Positions 33,944 through 46,269 are shown, counted from the stretch's first letter. The stretch is 64,000 nucleotides of DNA from Rebecca billardiae RCC1528 (GCA_965240325.2 OZ251225.1:1798001-1862000); one strand, 5' to 3'. The notes: generated by a model not told the origin, from the letters alone. Program-made: numbers and translations.

Positions 33944-34261
33944 GGCAGAGCAGTGTATCAGGTCATCGTCGTCATACATGCGTCGCGCGGGCATGCGTGT
34001 ACAAGAGATCGACGGCGGCGGCACAGCCTGGGACTGCCCGTGGATGCACAGTGGCCGCCCCGTGACTGGCCTGCGCCATCTGAGCATCTCGTCATTGGTT
34101 ATCGTAGTCATATCGTTACTTTTTCGTCGTCATATGGTAGTCAGAGCGCCTGCTGCAAGGGTCGTCTCGTGACTCTCGTCGCCGCTCGTCGTTTCACGTG
34201 CTGCTCGCTTGCCGAACGGCGCGTGTTACTGTGGCGGGAGGATTAAAGGAAGGACGTCGTC

Positions 34262-35032
34262 ATGCTGGCGCCCGCGCCTCGCGGCTCGACTGTGCTGCCT
34301 GCCGGCGTCCGGCCGCAGGACCAGTACAAGCCGTTCCGCGACACATTGACCGGTCGCGCCCCGGGGCATCAAGCCGAGCCCAACTTCTACTCCGTCCGCG
34401 ATGACCGGCGATATTGGACGGGGACGGAGGGCACCGGCCGTGACGGGCGCACGCACACGTTCTCCCAATCGGGCCGCTTTGCGCACATGCTCGTCCCCGG
34501 CGGCGGGATCGCGGCCACGCACCGCCAATACACCACGCCTGACGTTTACGGGGGCGTTGGCTCCTCGCTTAGCCGCACCTGCTCTGCTGTCATGGTGCCG
34601 CGATCCACGTTTTTGCCTGAAGACCGCGACAGCGGCCCACGGCCCGCAACTGCGGAACATGTGGGCCCGGGGGCGTACTCACCTCACCAGCGCCCAATCA
34701 CGGCAGGCGCATGGCACACGTCGCGGCGCGGCGTGCCGCGCCGCTCCCACGCCTTCGCCTCAACACTGCCGCGCACAGACAACTTCCGCAGCGCATCGCG
34801 AGCGGGCGAAGCAGATCCGGATCCGCTCGATGTCTCCTACGTGTCCACGATCGCACCCCGAGGCGCCCTGACGCCGGGGGGCGGATACAGCTTCGGTCGG
34901 GATTCGCGCTTTTTCCGGCGCGAGGAGATCGTCCCGACACCCGGGCCGGGGGCGTACGACAAGGGCCCAGGTCCGTTCGCCCCAAACAAGCGTGCTCGTG
35001 ACGACCAACGTAAGCTGCGAGTACGTCGCTGA
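34262..35032 (+). CDS. STPG/SHIPPO (PGPGxY) repeat protein, probably flagellar microtubule-associated
   Basis: VGPGAYSP and TPGPGAYD motifs with the accompanying AFAS..PR and YSFGR..RF segments. Confidence 0.7.
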   Translation: MLAPAPRGSTVLPAGVRPQDQYKPFRDTLTGRAPGHQAEPNFYSVRDDRRYWTGTEGTGRDGRTHTFSQSGRFAHMLVPGGGIAATHRQYTTPDVYGGVGSSLSRTCSAVMVPRSTFLPEDRDSGPRPATAEHVGPGAYSPHQRPITAGAWHTSRRGVPRRSHAFASTLPRTDNFRSASRAGEADPDPLDVSYVSTIAPRGALTPGGGYSFGRDSRFFRREEIVPTPGPGAYDKGPGPFAPNKRARDDQRKLRVRR

Positions 35033-35329
35033 AGTGATTCGTCCAGGTGGCAGACAGTCTATGATCTCTACTACGCCGATCTTCGTCGGGTAGTGAATAA
35101 GGAAGTCGAGGGCGCACGGCCCTTTGTCATTCACGCGGCTCGTGAGCAAACTCGTCCACTGAAACTGCTCGGTACCGTCGTTATGTGAGTGCCCGTCAAG
35201 TCCGACTTACAGAATTAATACAGTGTGAACTCATGATACTGGCGGCGCACGCGCGGATTAATTAGAGCGTAGAATATTCGGACGACTATATATATACTGA
35301 TTCGATTCGCGGCGGGCCGCACTCGGACT

Positions 35330-35530
35330 CGCGGTGTATAAATTGCGGTGCCACGGGCCAGCGTGCCGACGCTGCTGCGAGAAATGAAGACGCCTGACGC
35401 CGAATATAATTCGTTCCGGTTTCGCGGTGTATAAATATCACTATAAATAAATTGCGGTGCCACGGGCCAGCGTGCCGACGCTGCTGCGAGAAATGAAGAC
35501 GCCTGACGCCGAATATAATTCGTTCCGGTT
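35330..35530. repeat. Local direct duplication of ~80-90 bp
   Basis: AATTGCGGTGCCACGG...TTCGTTCCGGTT occurs at about 35341-35420 and 35450-35530. Confidence 0.9.
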
Positions 35531-35824
35531 GGCGCAGTTCGGCGGCGCGCGGTACAGTAGCTAGGCACTTAAGTCGGGACTAGCTAAATCGGTCTGTATC
35601 ATTTAAACATAATATTTATAGAGAATATTTAATATATATGAGCCATTCTCACGACCGTCGTGCGCTGCTGACCGTACCCCCATATTCTAAAATTATTCCG
35701 TGCCAGATCACAGGCAGACAGGTCAGGAAGTCTATAATTGAAGTGAGTTGGGACGTGGGAAGTGGAACTCGTGCTCGGAGACTCAGTGACTACTGAGTAG
35801 TCCGAGTCGGCGAGTGACGGCGAC

Positions 35825-35876
35825 TACAGTTTATGACTAAGAATAAGAGACGCACACAGCTCAGGCAGGCGAGATT
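35825..35876 (+). repeat. Dispersed motif family B copy 2
   Basis: TACAGTTTATGACTAAGA followed by the invariant 31-mer. Confidence 0.9.
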
Positions 35877-36500
35877 ACAGTGAGTACAGCAGCGAATTCA
35901 GATACGGTAGTGATTGATGACTGATTCCGAGAGGCAGGCGGCGCGCAAGATGGTATTGATATTAGTTACAAGACCCGGACTGCCACTGCCGAGTGCAAGC
36001 ACTTCGGCCGCAGGGCGTCCGGCGCGAGACTCACTGAAGCCCCAGTGCGGCCGAAGTCCTCAGATTGAGATGGCCGCTTCGACGGCCAGCCCATCTGAGT
36101 CTGACCCACTCCGTGCGCCCACGGCAGAGTACCGGACCGTCGGGGCGTCACAGTCGCGGCCAGATTCATGTGCCAACTACTCGGGCGCCAGGTACGTGTG
36201 CTTGGTGCGCGTGTTGCCCCATTCGCTCGTGCGTGCCCACTCTACCGCCACCGGAGGGCTCCAATCGCAGTCTTGCAGTATAACCCCGTAGGTAATGAAT
36301 AAAGCAACGCCGCGCATTAAGCTCAAGCTGGGGCGCTCAAAGACGATATCTACTACGCCCTCCTGGTCTACACGTGCCTCGAACGCAGGCATGGGCACTG
36401 CACACTGCGAGCGCAGCAGGGCAAGGTGGCAGAGCGCTGACTGAGTGACCGTGGCTCACCTCGGCTGCCGCCATGTAGGGCTTGTCGATTGTCGAACACC

Positions 36501-36585
36501 GCCGGTGTTCGTTACACCGCCCTTGGTCGAACGTCGTCGGTTAAACCGACGACGTTCGACCAAGGGCGGTGTCACGAACTCCGGC
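36501..36585. repeat. 85-bp near-perfect palindrome (42-bp arms, 2 mismatches)
   Basis: GCCGGTGTTCGTTACACCGCCCTTGGTCGAACGTCGTCGGTT-A-AACCGACGACGTTCGACCAAGGGCGGTGTCACGAACTCCGGC. Confidence 0.95.
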
Positions 36586-36940
36586 TCGGTTTGGCGCGAA
36601 CGACGACGACAACTGACAATCGGCTACAGTTTACTAAGTATAAGAGACGCACACAGCTCAGGCAGGCGAGATTGACGCCCGCCAACTGTCACCGCCAACT
36701 GTCAGCCCCGGCGGGCTTCTCCCGGGCAGGCTGTGTCGGCGCGCCGGGTGCGCGCGAAGCGTCATTTTGCTGGTGTGGAGCTGCAGTCATGCCTGAGCCG
36801 CGCGTGCGGCGCTGGCACAGCCTGGCAGACTTGCGTAGGGGCGGGGCCTCAGGCACCGCAGGCGTCGGGGCTCTGGGCTGGTCAGGAGCGGGGGCGCCAG
36901 GCCAGAGAGACAGTACTACCTACCTACGACACCGCCCTTG
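36561..36940. mobile_element. Putative 380-bp CAAGGG-ended non-autonomous element
   Basis: Perfect 13-bp TIRs CAAGGGCGGTGTC / GACACCGCCCTTG; 7-bp flanks GTTCGAC / CTACGAC match at 5 of 7 positions. Confidence 0.5.
36625..36673 (+). repeat. Dispersed motif family B copy 3
   Basis: TACAGTTTACTAAGT followed by the invariant 31-mer. Confidence 0.9.
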
Positions 36941-36969
36941 CTACGACAGATGGGTACAAGCACCTGCAA

Positions 36970-38680
36970 CAAGGGTATGGAGCGCTCGTTGGAACTTGAC
37001 GCCGGTTTGGCGCCCGCGCGGCGAGGGCGACGACGGGCGTACACGGGGCCCGCGGCGGCGGGAAGCGCGCGGGCGCGGCCGAGAACGGCACGGTCCGGAC
37101 GCCTCTCGCCAGCCGCGGACGCGCACCGCGCCTCCTCCTCGCACGCTGCTAACTTGATCCGGGTTGAACGGTGGTTTTGCTGCCGACCAGCTCAAGTTCC
37201 ACGGCTGGTCAAGGTTCGGCTTGCGACTTCGCCGCTGGTGCTTGCAAGAAGGTACACGAGTTGGTCGAACTCCCACGCACCCGCTCTGCGCTCGTCGACG
37301 CCCTCTGAAGGTGACTCGGGGTGCATGCCGGGCAGTGGAATGCAGTGGTTCGGCGTTGCCTCTCAGTCGTCCAGCGCGTAGGCCATGTAACGCGGGTGTG
37401 GTGCGCGCATGGCCCGGTAATTCGGTCGCGGCATGTCTGTCTGGGCTGCCCAAGGCCTGCCGCACCGCAAAGCGAGCGCTCAGGAGCGTGTGCCGACCGT
37501 GCCAGCCCCGCCGAGATGGGGCACTTCGCTGGGAAATGCGGTGTCAAGTTCCACCCCCGCTCAAGTTCCAACGAGCGCTCCATAGTAAGGGTGAGCAACT
37601 CCGCTGGCGACAGCCGCGACGGTCGGGAGCCCTCTGTTTGCCGCGAGCGGAGCGGAGCGAGTGCTACAGCCGCGGAGGGCGCTGAGGCCGCGCACGGCGT
37701 GAGGCGCGGCGTCGGCCGAGTCGGTCCGCGGAAGATGCGCGGCGCTCGGCCCGCTGCGCAGCGGCAGTGCGCCTCACTTTGCCCCGAGCGCCGTCCTCCG
37801 CGTCGCCTCCTTCCCGCCTTGGAGCAGCACGCATGTGCGCGCCGCCACCTTGAAGGCGGCACGGGCTTGCTCAGACGACCGCGCGCGCGTGGCGCGCGAC
37901 TTGGACGGCTGCGCGCGCGCGCCGCCGCGGTGCAAGGTAGCGCCGCCGCATGCGCGCGCCGTGCCAGCGCGAGAGCGTGTGCGCGGACCTGAGTGCGACC
38001 TCACACACATGTCGAATGCTGCTTGGCATCCGACTTGCGGACTGACGGGAAGCTGGAAAAGACAGCGGCGTGAGTGTTGGTACCATCGATGCGGAGCCTT
38101 AGCGTCCACTTGCATTCGTGCTGAGAAGGAATAAACAAGACTAGTCCTTCGTCCTGGGTATCCAATGTCACTCAACACCTCGCTGATCGACCCGACGAGT
38201 GCCAGCGTGAGGCACAGCAAATCATTCGTGAGAGCAAGCAGACAAGCGAGCACTATGCTCATGAGATGGCCGTGAGCAAAGGCTCGCGCGGGCACGGCGC
38301 GTGCATGCGGCGGCGCTACCTTGCACCGCGGCGGCGCGCGCGCGCAGCCGACCAAGTCGCGCGCCACGCGCGTGCGGTCGTCTGAGCAAGCCTGTGCCGC
38401 CTTCAAGGTGGCGGCGCGCACATGCGTGCTGCTCCAAGGCGGGAAGGAGGCGACGCGGAGGACGGCGCTCGGGGCAAAGTGAGGCGCACTGCCGCTGCGC
38501 AGCGGGCCGAGCGCCGCGCATCTTCCGCGGACCGACTCGGCCGACGCCGCGCCTCACGCCGTGCGCGGCCTCAGCGCCCTCCGCCGCTGTAGCACTCGCT
38601 CCGCTCCGCTCGCGGCAAACAGAGGGCTCCCGACCGTCGCGGCTTGTCGCCAGCGGAGTTGCTCACCGTTACTACCCTTG
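36970..38680. mobile_element. Foldback element with ~400-bp TIRs, CAAGGG termini and 7-bp TSD (P/Galileo-like), interrupted by MITE-A
   Basis: Left arm 36970-36977 plus 37585-37973 is the reverse complement of 38283-38680. Flanks are CCTGCAA (36963-69) and CCTGTAA (38681-87). Confidence 0.85.
36978..37582 (-). mobile_element. MITE-A copy 2 (605 bp)
   Basis: Perfect TIRs TGGAGCGCTCGTTGGAACTTGA. TA duplication is supported by the uninterrupted right arm of the host foldback element. Confidence 0.92.
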
Positions 38681-38777
38681 CCTGTAAGCAGTTCTTGAAT
38701 GCGTACCCCCATATGATTATGATAACGCGCCCATCAGAGGCGTGCGAGCCAAGAACCAAGGTGGTCGGCCTATCCGT

Positions 38778-41163
38778 ATGGCGCTCCCGCGGGCGCTCGT
38801 CCGCACCTTACTCAGGCGAGTGGCCCGTGTTCGCGCGGCAGCAGACGAGAGCGCCCCGCACGAGGCGGATGGCGTGGCAGCGGACAGCCAAATGAGGCGC
38901 TCGTCCGACGCGGAGAGGGCGTTGATCACGGAGGAAATCTCCGTGGACGTGGCAGCCCCAAAGCTCACGCGCTTCTGCGCCTTTGCGGACTCGGACTTGG
39001 AGCAGGGCTACCGAGCTGTGCTTCGCCCGCACTTCGTGGGCGCGGTGCTGAAGCTCAGCATCGCCGTGTTCGCCCTGGCGACGCCGGCGCTCGTGTCCAA
39101 TGCCTTCACCCGCGCGTACTGCCCTGAGGTGAACCTGGTGCTCGCCGTGCTCCTCGCCACTCCTATTCTCGGCTTGCTCGTCATCAGCGTGCTCGCCTGG
39201 CGCGTGGAGCGAATCTCACTCCGGGTGGTCGAGTGGGTGTCGACGGCGTGCTTCAGCGTCATCGCCCTGCGCCTCATCATCTTCAATCCCGACCGCACGA
39301 TGGCCATGCTGTGCGATCCTGAGTGGGAACTGCCTGGCCGGCACGGCACGCTGTTCGTCCGCGGCTTTGCCGTGATGATCGCGACGGGGCTCTTCACGCC
39401 CATCAACCTCGTGCAGTACACTGTCATCCTTTGCAGCGTGATGGGGAGTTTCGTGCTCGGCGAGGTGCTGCTGCCCCTCGACGAGCCGATCGTTGCAGAG
39501 CTCGGTGATCTGGCGCCGAGCGCGATCATTGTGATGGTCGGCCTCTGGCTTGGCGTGAGGCACCGCATGCGCACAGACCGCGGCCAGTTTCACTTCCGCC
39601 TGCAGCTGATCGAGCGCGCCAGACTGTGGCGCGTGGCGAAGAAGGGCGAGCTCGAGGCGGAAGCGCGCGCGGCGCGCGCTGCGTCAAACGCTCGCGCGCG
39701 GCTGATCCGCGTCGTGATGCACGACCTGCGGAGCCCGCTACTCGCCGTGCGCAACCTGGCGGACACGCTCGCGGACATGAAGCCCGCGGCGTGGCCGCTG
39801 CGAGAGCGCGAGATCTACCGCACGCTCAACGCGCTGCAGACGTGCACCGCCCTCATGGAGGGCATCGTGTCGGACATGCTCGGTGCGCGCGCGCGACACA
39901 CGTGCGGCACGCGTGGGCGCGCGCCGCGCGCGCTCGCCAACTGACGCACTGCGACCATCCGCGCGCGTCCGCAATCTGCGCCGCCGCGCCGTAGACTTTG
40001 AGCGCATCGACTCGGGCCGCATGGTTCTCGTCGCACAGCCCTTCCTCCTCGCACACCTCCTGCGCGACGCCGAGCTCTCACAGTACCCCCTTGCGCAGCG
40101 CAAAGGGGTGCGACTGGTGGCCGAGCAGCTGCCGCCGGAGCTGGAGCAGGCGTGCTTCGTGGGCGACCGGCGCCGGCTGTTGCAGTGCCTGTGCAACGGG
40201 CTGAACAACGCGATCAAATTTTCGCACGCCGGGCAGACCGTCACGATGAGCGCACAGGCCATGCCGCTGTCGCCAGTGCGAGAGGCCACCCCGGACGAGG
40301 CCGGGCTGCTCACCGGGGTGGATGTGGTGGTGGCAGACGAGGGAGAGGGCATCTCCGCGGAGGAGCTCGCCGTGCTCGACAGTGGCGACGCCTTCTCGCA
40401 GGTGGGCCGCGGGCAGCTGCAGGGCAACGGCGGCACTGGCCTCGGGCTCAACATCGTGCGCCAGCTGCTCGAGATGCACAACGGCTCGCAGCTCCGGCTG
40501 CACTCAGCGGGCCACGGACAAGGCACATCCTTCACCATGGCGCTGCGGCTCCCGGTCGGCGTCTTGACAGCCCTGAACGGCGCGGCCACCAGCATCCGGC
40601 GCAGCTCGACAGACTTCACCCATGGCTCGAGAGTATCCGGCGGCGAGAGCGGTCAGTCGCCCTCTGTGCAACTGTCGACTGGGACGGAGCTGTCCACGCT
40701 CGGCTTCGACTCGGTACCAGCCGCGCCGGAGGCCGCTGAACTGGCAGTACCTCCGGTGCGCTGCTTGCACGCGGAGGACGATCTGATGCTGCAGATGACG
40801 CTCGGCGCGCGTCTCTTCACGAAGGAAGGCGTCGCATGCGACGTGGCGGAGAACGGGCAGGCCGCTGTCGAGCTCGTGCAGGCCGCGATCCAGAGGGGGC
40901 AGCCCTACGACCTGCTCGTCGTGGACAACCAGATGCCGCTGCTCACGGGCGCTGAGGCCACCAAGCAGATCAGAGAGCTCGGCTTTGGCGGCATCATCAT
41001 CGGCATGACGGGAGACCCGACTGGCTCACCCGACCGCGCGGACTTTGAATCCTCGGGGCTCGACGTGTGCGTGGACAAGACGATCGAAGGCATGGACGTG
41101 GTCTCTGCGCATATCGCTCAGCTGCTCGAACGACGAGATCGGAGACGTCGTCTCTCATCCTAG
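38778..41163 (+). CDS. Membrane hybrid histidine kinase (TM sensor-HisKA-HATPase-REC), copy 1; intron 39883-39994
   Basis: H box VMHDLRSPL, N box NGLNNAIKFS, G1 DEGEGI, F box AFSQV, G2 GTGLGL, receiver AEDD..DNQMP..GMTG..K. Splicing restores SDMLDFERI. Confidence 0.93.
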
Positions 41164-42131
41164 AGCACCGTGCCCTGACTGAGCGCGGCGCAGCCGCCAA
41201 CGGCCAGGCGCTGGGCCGCATCGTCGGGCCGCTTGGCGCTTTGCGGGTCAATTTGTCGCCTTTACCCGCTGCGCCAGGTAGCCCTTCAGCCTTCTGCCTA
41301 GCAGTGCTGTGACCTGTGTCCCTGGCACGGCGGCCTGTCCCGGTCGTGGGCTGTGGCAGCACACCGTCGGCGTCGGTGCGCGGCGCCTGGCCGCGGCCGT
41401 CTGCCCGGGACCGCTGCTATCTGCGTGACTGCGTCTAGCGGTCGTACCGCGATGTATCATGCATGGTGCGACGCCGGGGCACAGCCACAGTCGCGTCGCG
41501 GAACAAGTACGTTCAAGTATTAGTGCCTAGTGCGGTCGGAGTCTGGCGTCCGCGCCGACGATAACGATTAAAAGTCGTCAGCTGGAAATTCTGGAAACGG
41601 ACTAACTACGCTCAGGAAACCCATATATATCGTCAACTGCACCAAGCGGAGCGACTGCCGTCGCTGGGGACCAGCCCTTCGCAGCCCTTTATGGCCCGCG
41701 GTGCAGGGCGGATTGCGCGTAGCGTGTCAGACTCAGAGCCCCGCCGGGGGCCCTCACTACGTTGTCAAACAAAAAGATCTTTCGATCAAAGAAAAGGGGA
41801 CCGGCGACGATTAATTGAGGGCTGTTGGAGGGTGAGTTTTCGCTAATTTTCGAGGGGTACACCGTACATTGCTGTCTATTACCGCAAGACGCGATTGACG
41901 AAATAGGCGCGCCCAGACTCGTGAGTCAATAACTAACCGGTGGGCGTCACATTGTCAGTAAAGTTTACTGTTATTACATCATCGTCTACTCATCGACGTT
42001 GAAAACTTATTGGTCGCCGGTCATCCAAGCCCAAGGGCCGTATTGTTTTGACAAAGTGCATGTGCATGGGTCATATACTGATTACTGTTTCAAACTGCAT
42101 GTCGCGGCGTACCGAGCGCGCTGTTTGCTAG

Positions 42132-42179
42132 ATCTCGCCTGCCTGAGCTGTGTGCGTCTCTTATGCTTAGTTACCGGTA
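42132..42179 (-). repeat. Dispersed motif family B copy 4
   Basis: Invariant 31-mer with a diverged terminus TACCGGTAACTAAGC (reverse complement). Confidence 0.9.
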
Positions 42180-42236
42180 CAATAGCCCTGGACCGAGACC
42201 GCGTCGCGCTTTCGCACACGAGGATCGCTGGCCACT

Positions 42237-43685
42237 ATGCCGACGGGTGGATCATTGGTAACGTGCGGCGCCGAGGAGGAGTGCGCGCTCCGCGTACTGA
42301 GCGCTCTGCGCGCATCTGAGGTTGTCAAGACCCCGACAGCGAAGACGCTCAAGGCAGTCGCTGCAACCATCTCCGTCGTGCAGGGAAAGCATCACGCGCT
42401 CACGATGGCGGCCTTGGAAGCAGTACGGAGTCAATCTTGGGTCGATCTCCCGCCTCATCGAAGGGGTCCGCACTGCGCTGGAGGCGGTGGGCACGCTCGG
42501 CGGCGGTGGCGCGAAACGCCTGAACACGGACTTCACCACAAGCGCTGCCGCCAACCGCTTCGCGCCGCTCGCAGCGCTCGACGGTGATCAGACGCCCGAG
42601 CACCGCAGCCGCCCCGCGGTGCGGGCGGGGGCGCTGCAGGCGCAGGCGCGCCGCGCGCGGGCCAGCGCGATTCGGCGGCAGGCGCAGGCGTGCCGCGCAC
42701 GGGTGACCAGCGCAATTCGGCGGCAGGCGCAGGCGTGCCGCGCGCGGGCCAGCGCGATTCGGTCATTCGGAGCGGCCCTCCACTCCGATGCACTCGCTCG
42801 GCCTCCAAGCAGCCGAGCAGCGCGCCAGGCCGGCATGCTCAGCCTGCTGGGCACGCGCAACCTAGGCACCACGTGAGACTACCTCGGCGCGCTGCTGGCG
42901 GCGCTGCTCGCGTGCCCTTCCATCGTCTCGCTCGCCACATCCGCCGCGACGGAGCAGTCCAGCAGCAGCACCGTGTCCGGCATGCGCGCGCTGGCGCTCG
43001 CGCATGCCAACTGCGAGTGCGGAGGCGCTGGGCGCCGAGCTGGCGAAGCGCGGCGCCGAGCTCGACGCGCTGCGCGACGCGGCGACGGACGCGCTGGGTG
43101 CGCGTGGCGCCCTCGTCGCGATGCCCCGTGCAGCAGCTCGAGTGTGTCAGCCAGCTGTGGAGTAGACGGCCGACGAACCGATCGGCGCCGGGTGCCAGCG
43201 CGCACGGGCTCAGCCCGTGCCGCTGGCTCGGGCCGCCGCAGCCGTCTTCGAGGCCGACGCGGCGGAGGAGGCGGCGGGCGAGCACGGCGGCGCGGTGGAG
43301 CAGGCGCGCACGCGCGGCGGCAGGCGCGACGCGCCGCTCGCCTCGTTCCACCCCGAGCTCCGCTCGGTCAGTCGGTGCGCGGCTGCCTGGCAGCGCAGGC
43401 CGCGGGGCAGCACTGCGTGGCGCGCGCTCTCGCTCCGTCTGCCGGCACGAGGCGCGCCGGCTGAGAGAGCGACCAGCGGCCCGTCGTCGAGCGCATGGCG
43501 CCGCGCGAGCACCTTGGAGCAAGCAGGTGCGCCCGCACGCGTCGCACGCGCCCGAGCCCGCGCCGCGCGGCGCCTCTCGCCCTGCCTGCGCGCGCGCGCC
43601 GCCCCGCGGCGGCCGCTTCCCCGCGCGGCGGCCCGCCGGCGACGGTCCTCGGCCCGCCGGCCCGGTCGGGGTGGGCGGCAACTGA
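42237..43685 (+). pseudogene. Frame-broken coding-like GC-rich fragments, unidentified
   Basis: Protein-like stretches in shifting frames (ALRVLSALRASEVVKT; ISRLIEGVRTALEAVG..NRFAPL; AAAAVFEADAAEEA) without a continuous ORF. Confidence 0.3.
42636..42762. repeat. 42-bp minisatellite x3
   Basis: GCAGGCGCAGGCG(C/T)GCCGCGC..CCAGCGC(G/A)ATTCGG occurs three times. Confidence 0.85.
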
Positions 43686-43786
43686 GTTGTGGTGGCAGCT
43701 CAGGCGAACGAACTGTTACACATGTCCGACTAAGCAATCACGCCAACCAAGGACAAATAAGAGTCCAAATGACACGGCCGGGGCTC

Positions 43787-46169
43787 ATGGCGCTCCCGCG
43801 GGCGCTCGTCCGCACCTTACTCAGGCGAGTGGCCCGTGTTCGCGCGGCAGCAGACGAGAGCGCCCCGCACGAGGCGGATGGCGTGGCAGCGGACAGCCAA
43901 ATGAGGCGCTCGTCCGACGCGGAGAGGGCGTTGATCACGGAGGAAATCTCCGTGGACGTGGCAGCCCCAAAGCTCACGCGCTTCTGCGCCTTTGCGGACT
44001 CCGACTTGGAGCAGGGCTACCGAGCTGTGCTTCGCCCGCACTTCGTGGGCGCGGTGCTGAAGCTCAGCATCGTCATGTTTGCCGTAGTGACGCCGGCGTT
44101 CGTGTCCAATGCCTTCACCCACGGGTACTGCCCTGAGGTGAACCTGATGCTCGCCGTGCTCCTCGCCACTCCTGTTCTCGGCTTGCTCGTCATCAGCGTG
44201 CTCGCCTGGCGCGTGGAGCGAATCTCACTCCGGGTGGTCGAGTGGGTGACGACGGCGTGCTTCAGCGTCCTCGCCCTGCGCGTCATTATCTTCAATCCCG
44301 ACCGCACGATGGCCATGCTGTGCGATCCTGAGTGGGAACTGCCTGGCCTGCACGGCACGCTATTCATCCGCGGCTTTGCCGTGATGATCGCGACGGGGCT
44401 CTTCACGCCCATCAACCTGGTGCAGTACACCGTCGTCATTTGCAGCGTGATGGGGAGTTTCGTGCTCGGCGAGGTGCTGCTGCCCCTTGACGCGCCGATC
44501 GCTGCCGAGATTGGTGATCTGGCGCCGAGCGCGATCATGGTCACGGTCGGCCTCTGGCTTGGCGTGAGGCACCGCATGCGCACAGACCGCGGCCAGTTTC
44601 ACTTCCGCCTGCAGCTGATCGAGCGCGCCAGACTGTGGCGCGCGGCGAAGAAGGGCGAGCTCGAGGCGGAAGCGCGCGCGGCGCGCGCTGCGTCAAACGC
44701 TCGCGCGCGGCTGATCCGCGTCGTGATGCACGACCTGCGGAGCCCGCTACTCGCCGTGCGCAACCTGGCGGACACGCTCGCGGACATGGAGCCCGCGGCG
44801 TGGCCGCTGCGAGAGCGCGAGATCTACCGCACGCTCAACGCACTGCAGACGTGCACCGCCCTCATGGAGGGCATCGTGTCGGACATGCTCGGTGCGCGCG
44901 CGCGACACACGTGCGGCACGCGTGGGCGCGCGCCGCGCGCGCTCGCCAACTGACGCACTGCGACCATCCGCGCGCCGCCGTGCGGTAGACTTTGAGCGCA
45001 TCGACTCGGGCCGCATGGTTCTCGTCGCACAGCCCTTCCTCCTCGCAAACCTCCTGCGCGACGCCGAGCTCTCACAGTATCCCCTTGCGCAGCGCAAAGG
45101 GGTGCGACTGGTGGCCGAGCAGCTGCCGCCGGAGCTGGAGCAGGCGTGCTTCGTGGGCGACCGGCGCCGGCTGTTGCAGTGCCTGTGCAACGGGCTGAAC
45201 AACGCGATCAAATTTTCGCACGCCGGGCAGACCGTCACGATGAGCGCACAGGCCATGCCGCTGTCGCCAGTGCGAGAGGCCACCCCGGACGAGGCCGGGC
45301 TGCTCACCGGGGTGGATGTGGTGGTGGCAGACGAGGGAGAGGGCATCTCCGCGGAGGAGCTCGCCGTGCTCGACAGTGGCGACGCCTTCTCGCAGGTGGG
45401 CCGCGGGCAGCTGCAGGGCAACGGCGGCACTGGCCTCGGGCTCAACATCGTGCGCCAGCTGCTCGAGATGCACAACGGCTCGCAGCTCCGGCTGCACTCA
45501 GCGGGCCACGGACAAGGCACATCCTTCACCATGGCGCTGCGGCTCCCGGTCGGCGTCTTGACAGCCCTGAACGGCGCGGCCACCAGCATCCGGCGCAACC
45601 CGTCAGCCTCCGACGGCGAGACCGATCATTCGCGCTCCGAGCAACCGTCGACGGGGACGGAGCTGCCCACGCTCGGCTTCGACGCGGTACCAGCCGCGCC
45701 GGAGGCCGCTGAACTGGCAGTACCTCCAGTGCGCTGCTTGCACGCGGAGGACGATGTGATGCTGCAGATGACGCTCGGCGCGCGTCTCTTCACGAAGGAA
45801 GGCGTCGCATGCGACGTGGCGGAGAACGGGCAGGCCGCTGTCGAGCTCGTGCAGGCCGCGATCCAGAGGGGGCAGCCCTACGACCTGCTCGTCGTGGACA
45901 ACCAGATGCCGCTGCTCACGGGCGCTGAGGCCACCAAGCAGATCAGAGAGCTCGGCTTTGGCGGCATCATCATCGGCATGACGGGAGACCCGACTGGCTC
46001 ACCCGACCGCGCGGACTTTGAATCCTCGGGGCTCGACGTGTGCGTGGACAAGACGATCGAAGGCATGGACGTGGTCTCTGCGCATATCGCTCAGCTGCTC
46101 GAACGCCAACGAGATCGGAGGCTGCTACGACGTCTCTCGAGCCGTAGCCGCGGGGCTGACGCTAGCTGA
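43787..46169 (+). CDS. Membrane hybrid histidine kinase, copy 2; intron 44892-44988
   Basis: Direct paralogue of 38778-41163 (ATG offset 5009 bp) with all catalytic motifs intact. Alternative ATG at 43769. Confidence 0.93.
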
Positions 46170-46269
46170 CCGTTGGCATGGTTTAGACAGACAGCACCGC
46201 GTAGTACCGCGATGAGCTGACGAGACGTCGAAGCGTTCATAATTAGTGACGAAAATTATCGAGTGCGTA

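Noticed and set aside
36177-36474. Possible two-exon minus-strand gene (MAAAE/CAVPMPAFEARV..)
   Set aside because: Splice signals are plausible, but the product is short, has atypical codon usage and shows no homology cue.
36639-36648. Family B motif as Tn5/Nextera adapter contamination (shares TATAAGAGAC)
   Set aside because: The match ends after 9-10 bp, the rest is unrelated to the mosaic end, the flanks are conserved but variable, and one copy carries an internal insertion.
37974-38282. Foldback spacer as a transposase remnant
   Set aside because: No THAP or DDE motif is recognisable in the frames examined.
42879-42983. MPDTVLLLDCS resembling a VWA-domain start on the minus strand
   Set aside because: The frame closes after about 34 aa; it is probably chance or a shadow of plus-strand remnants.
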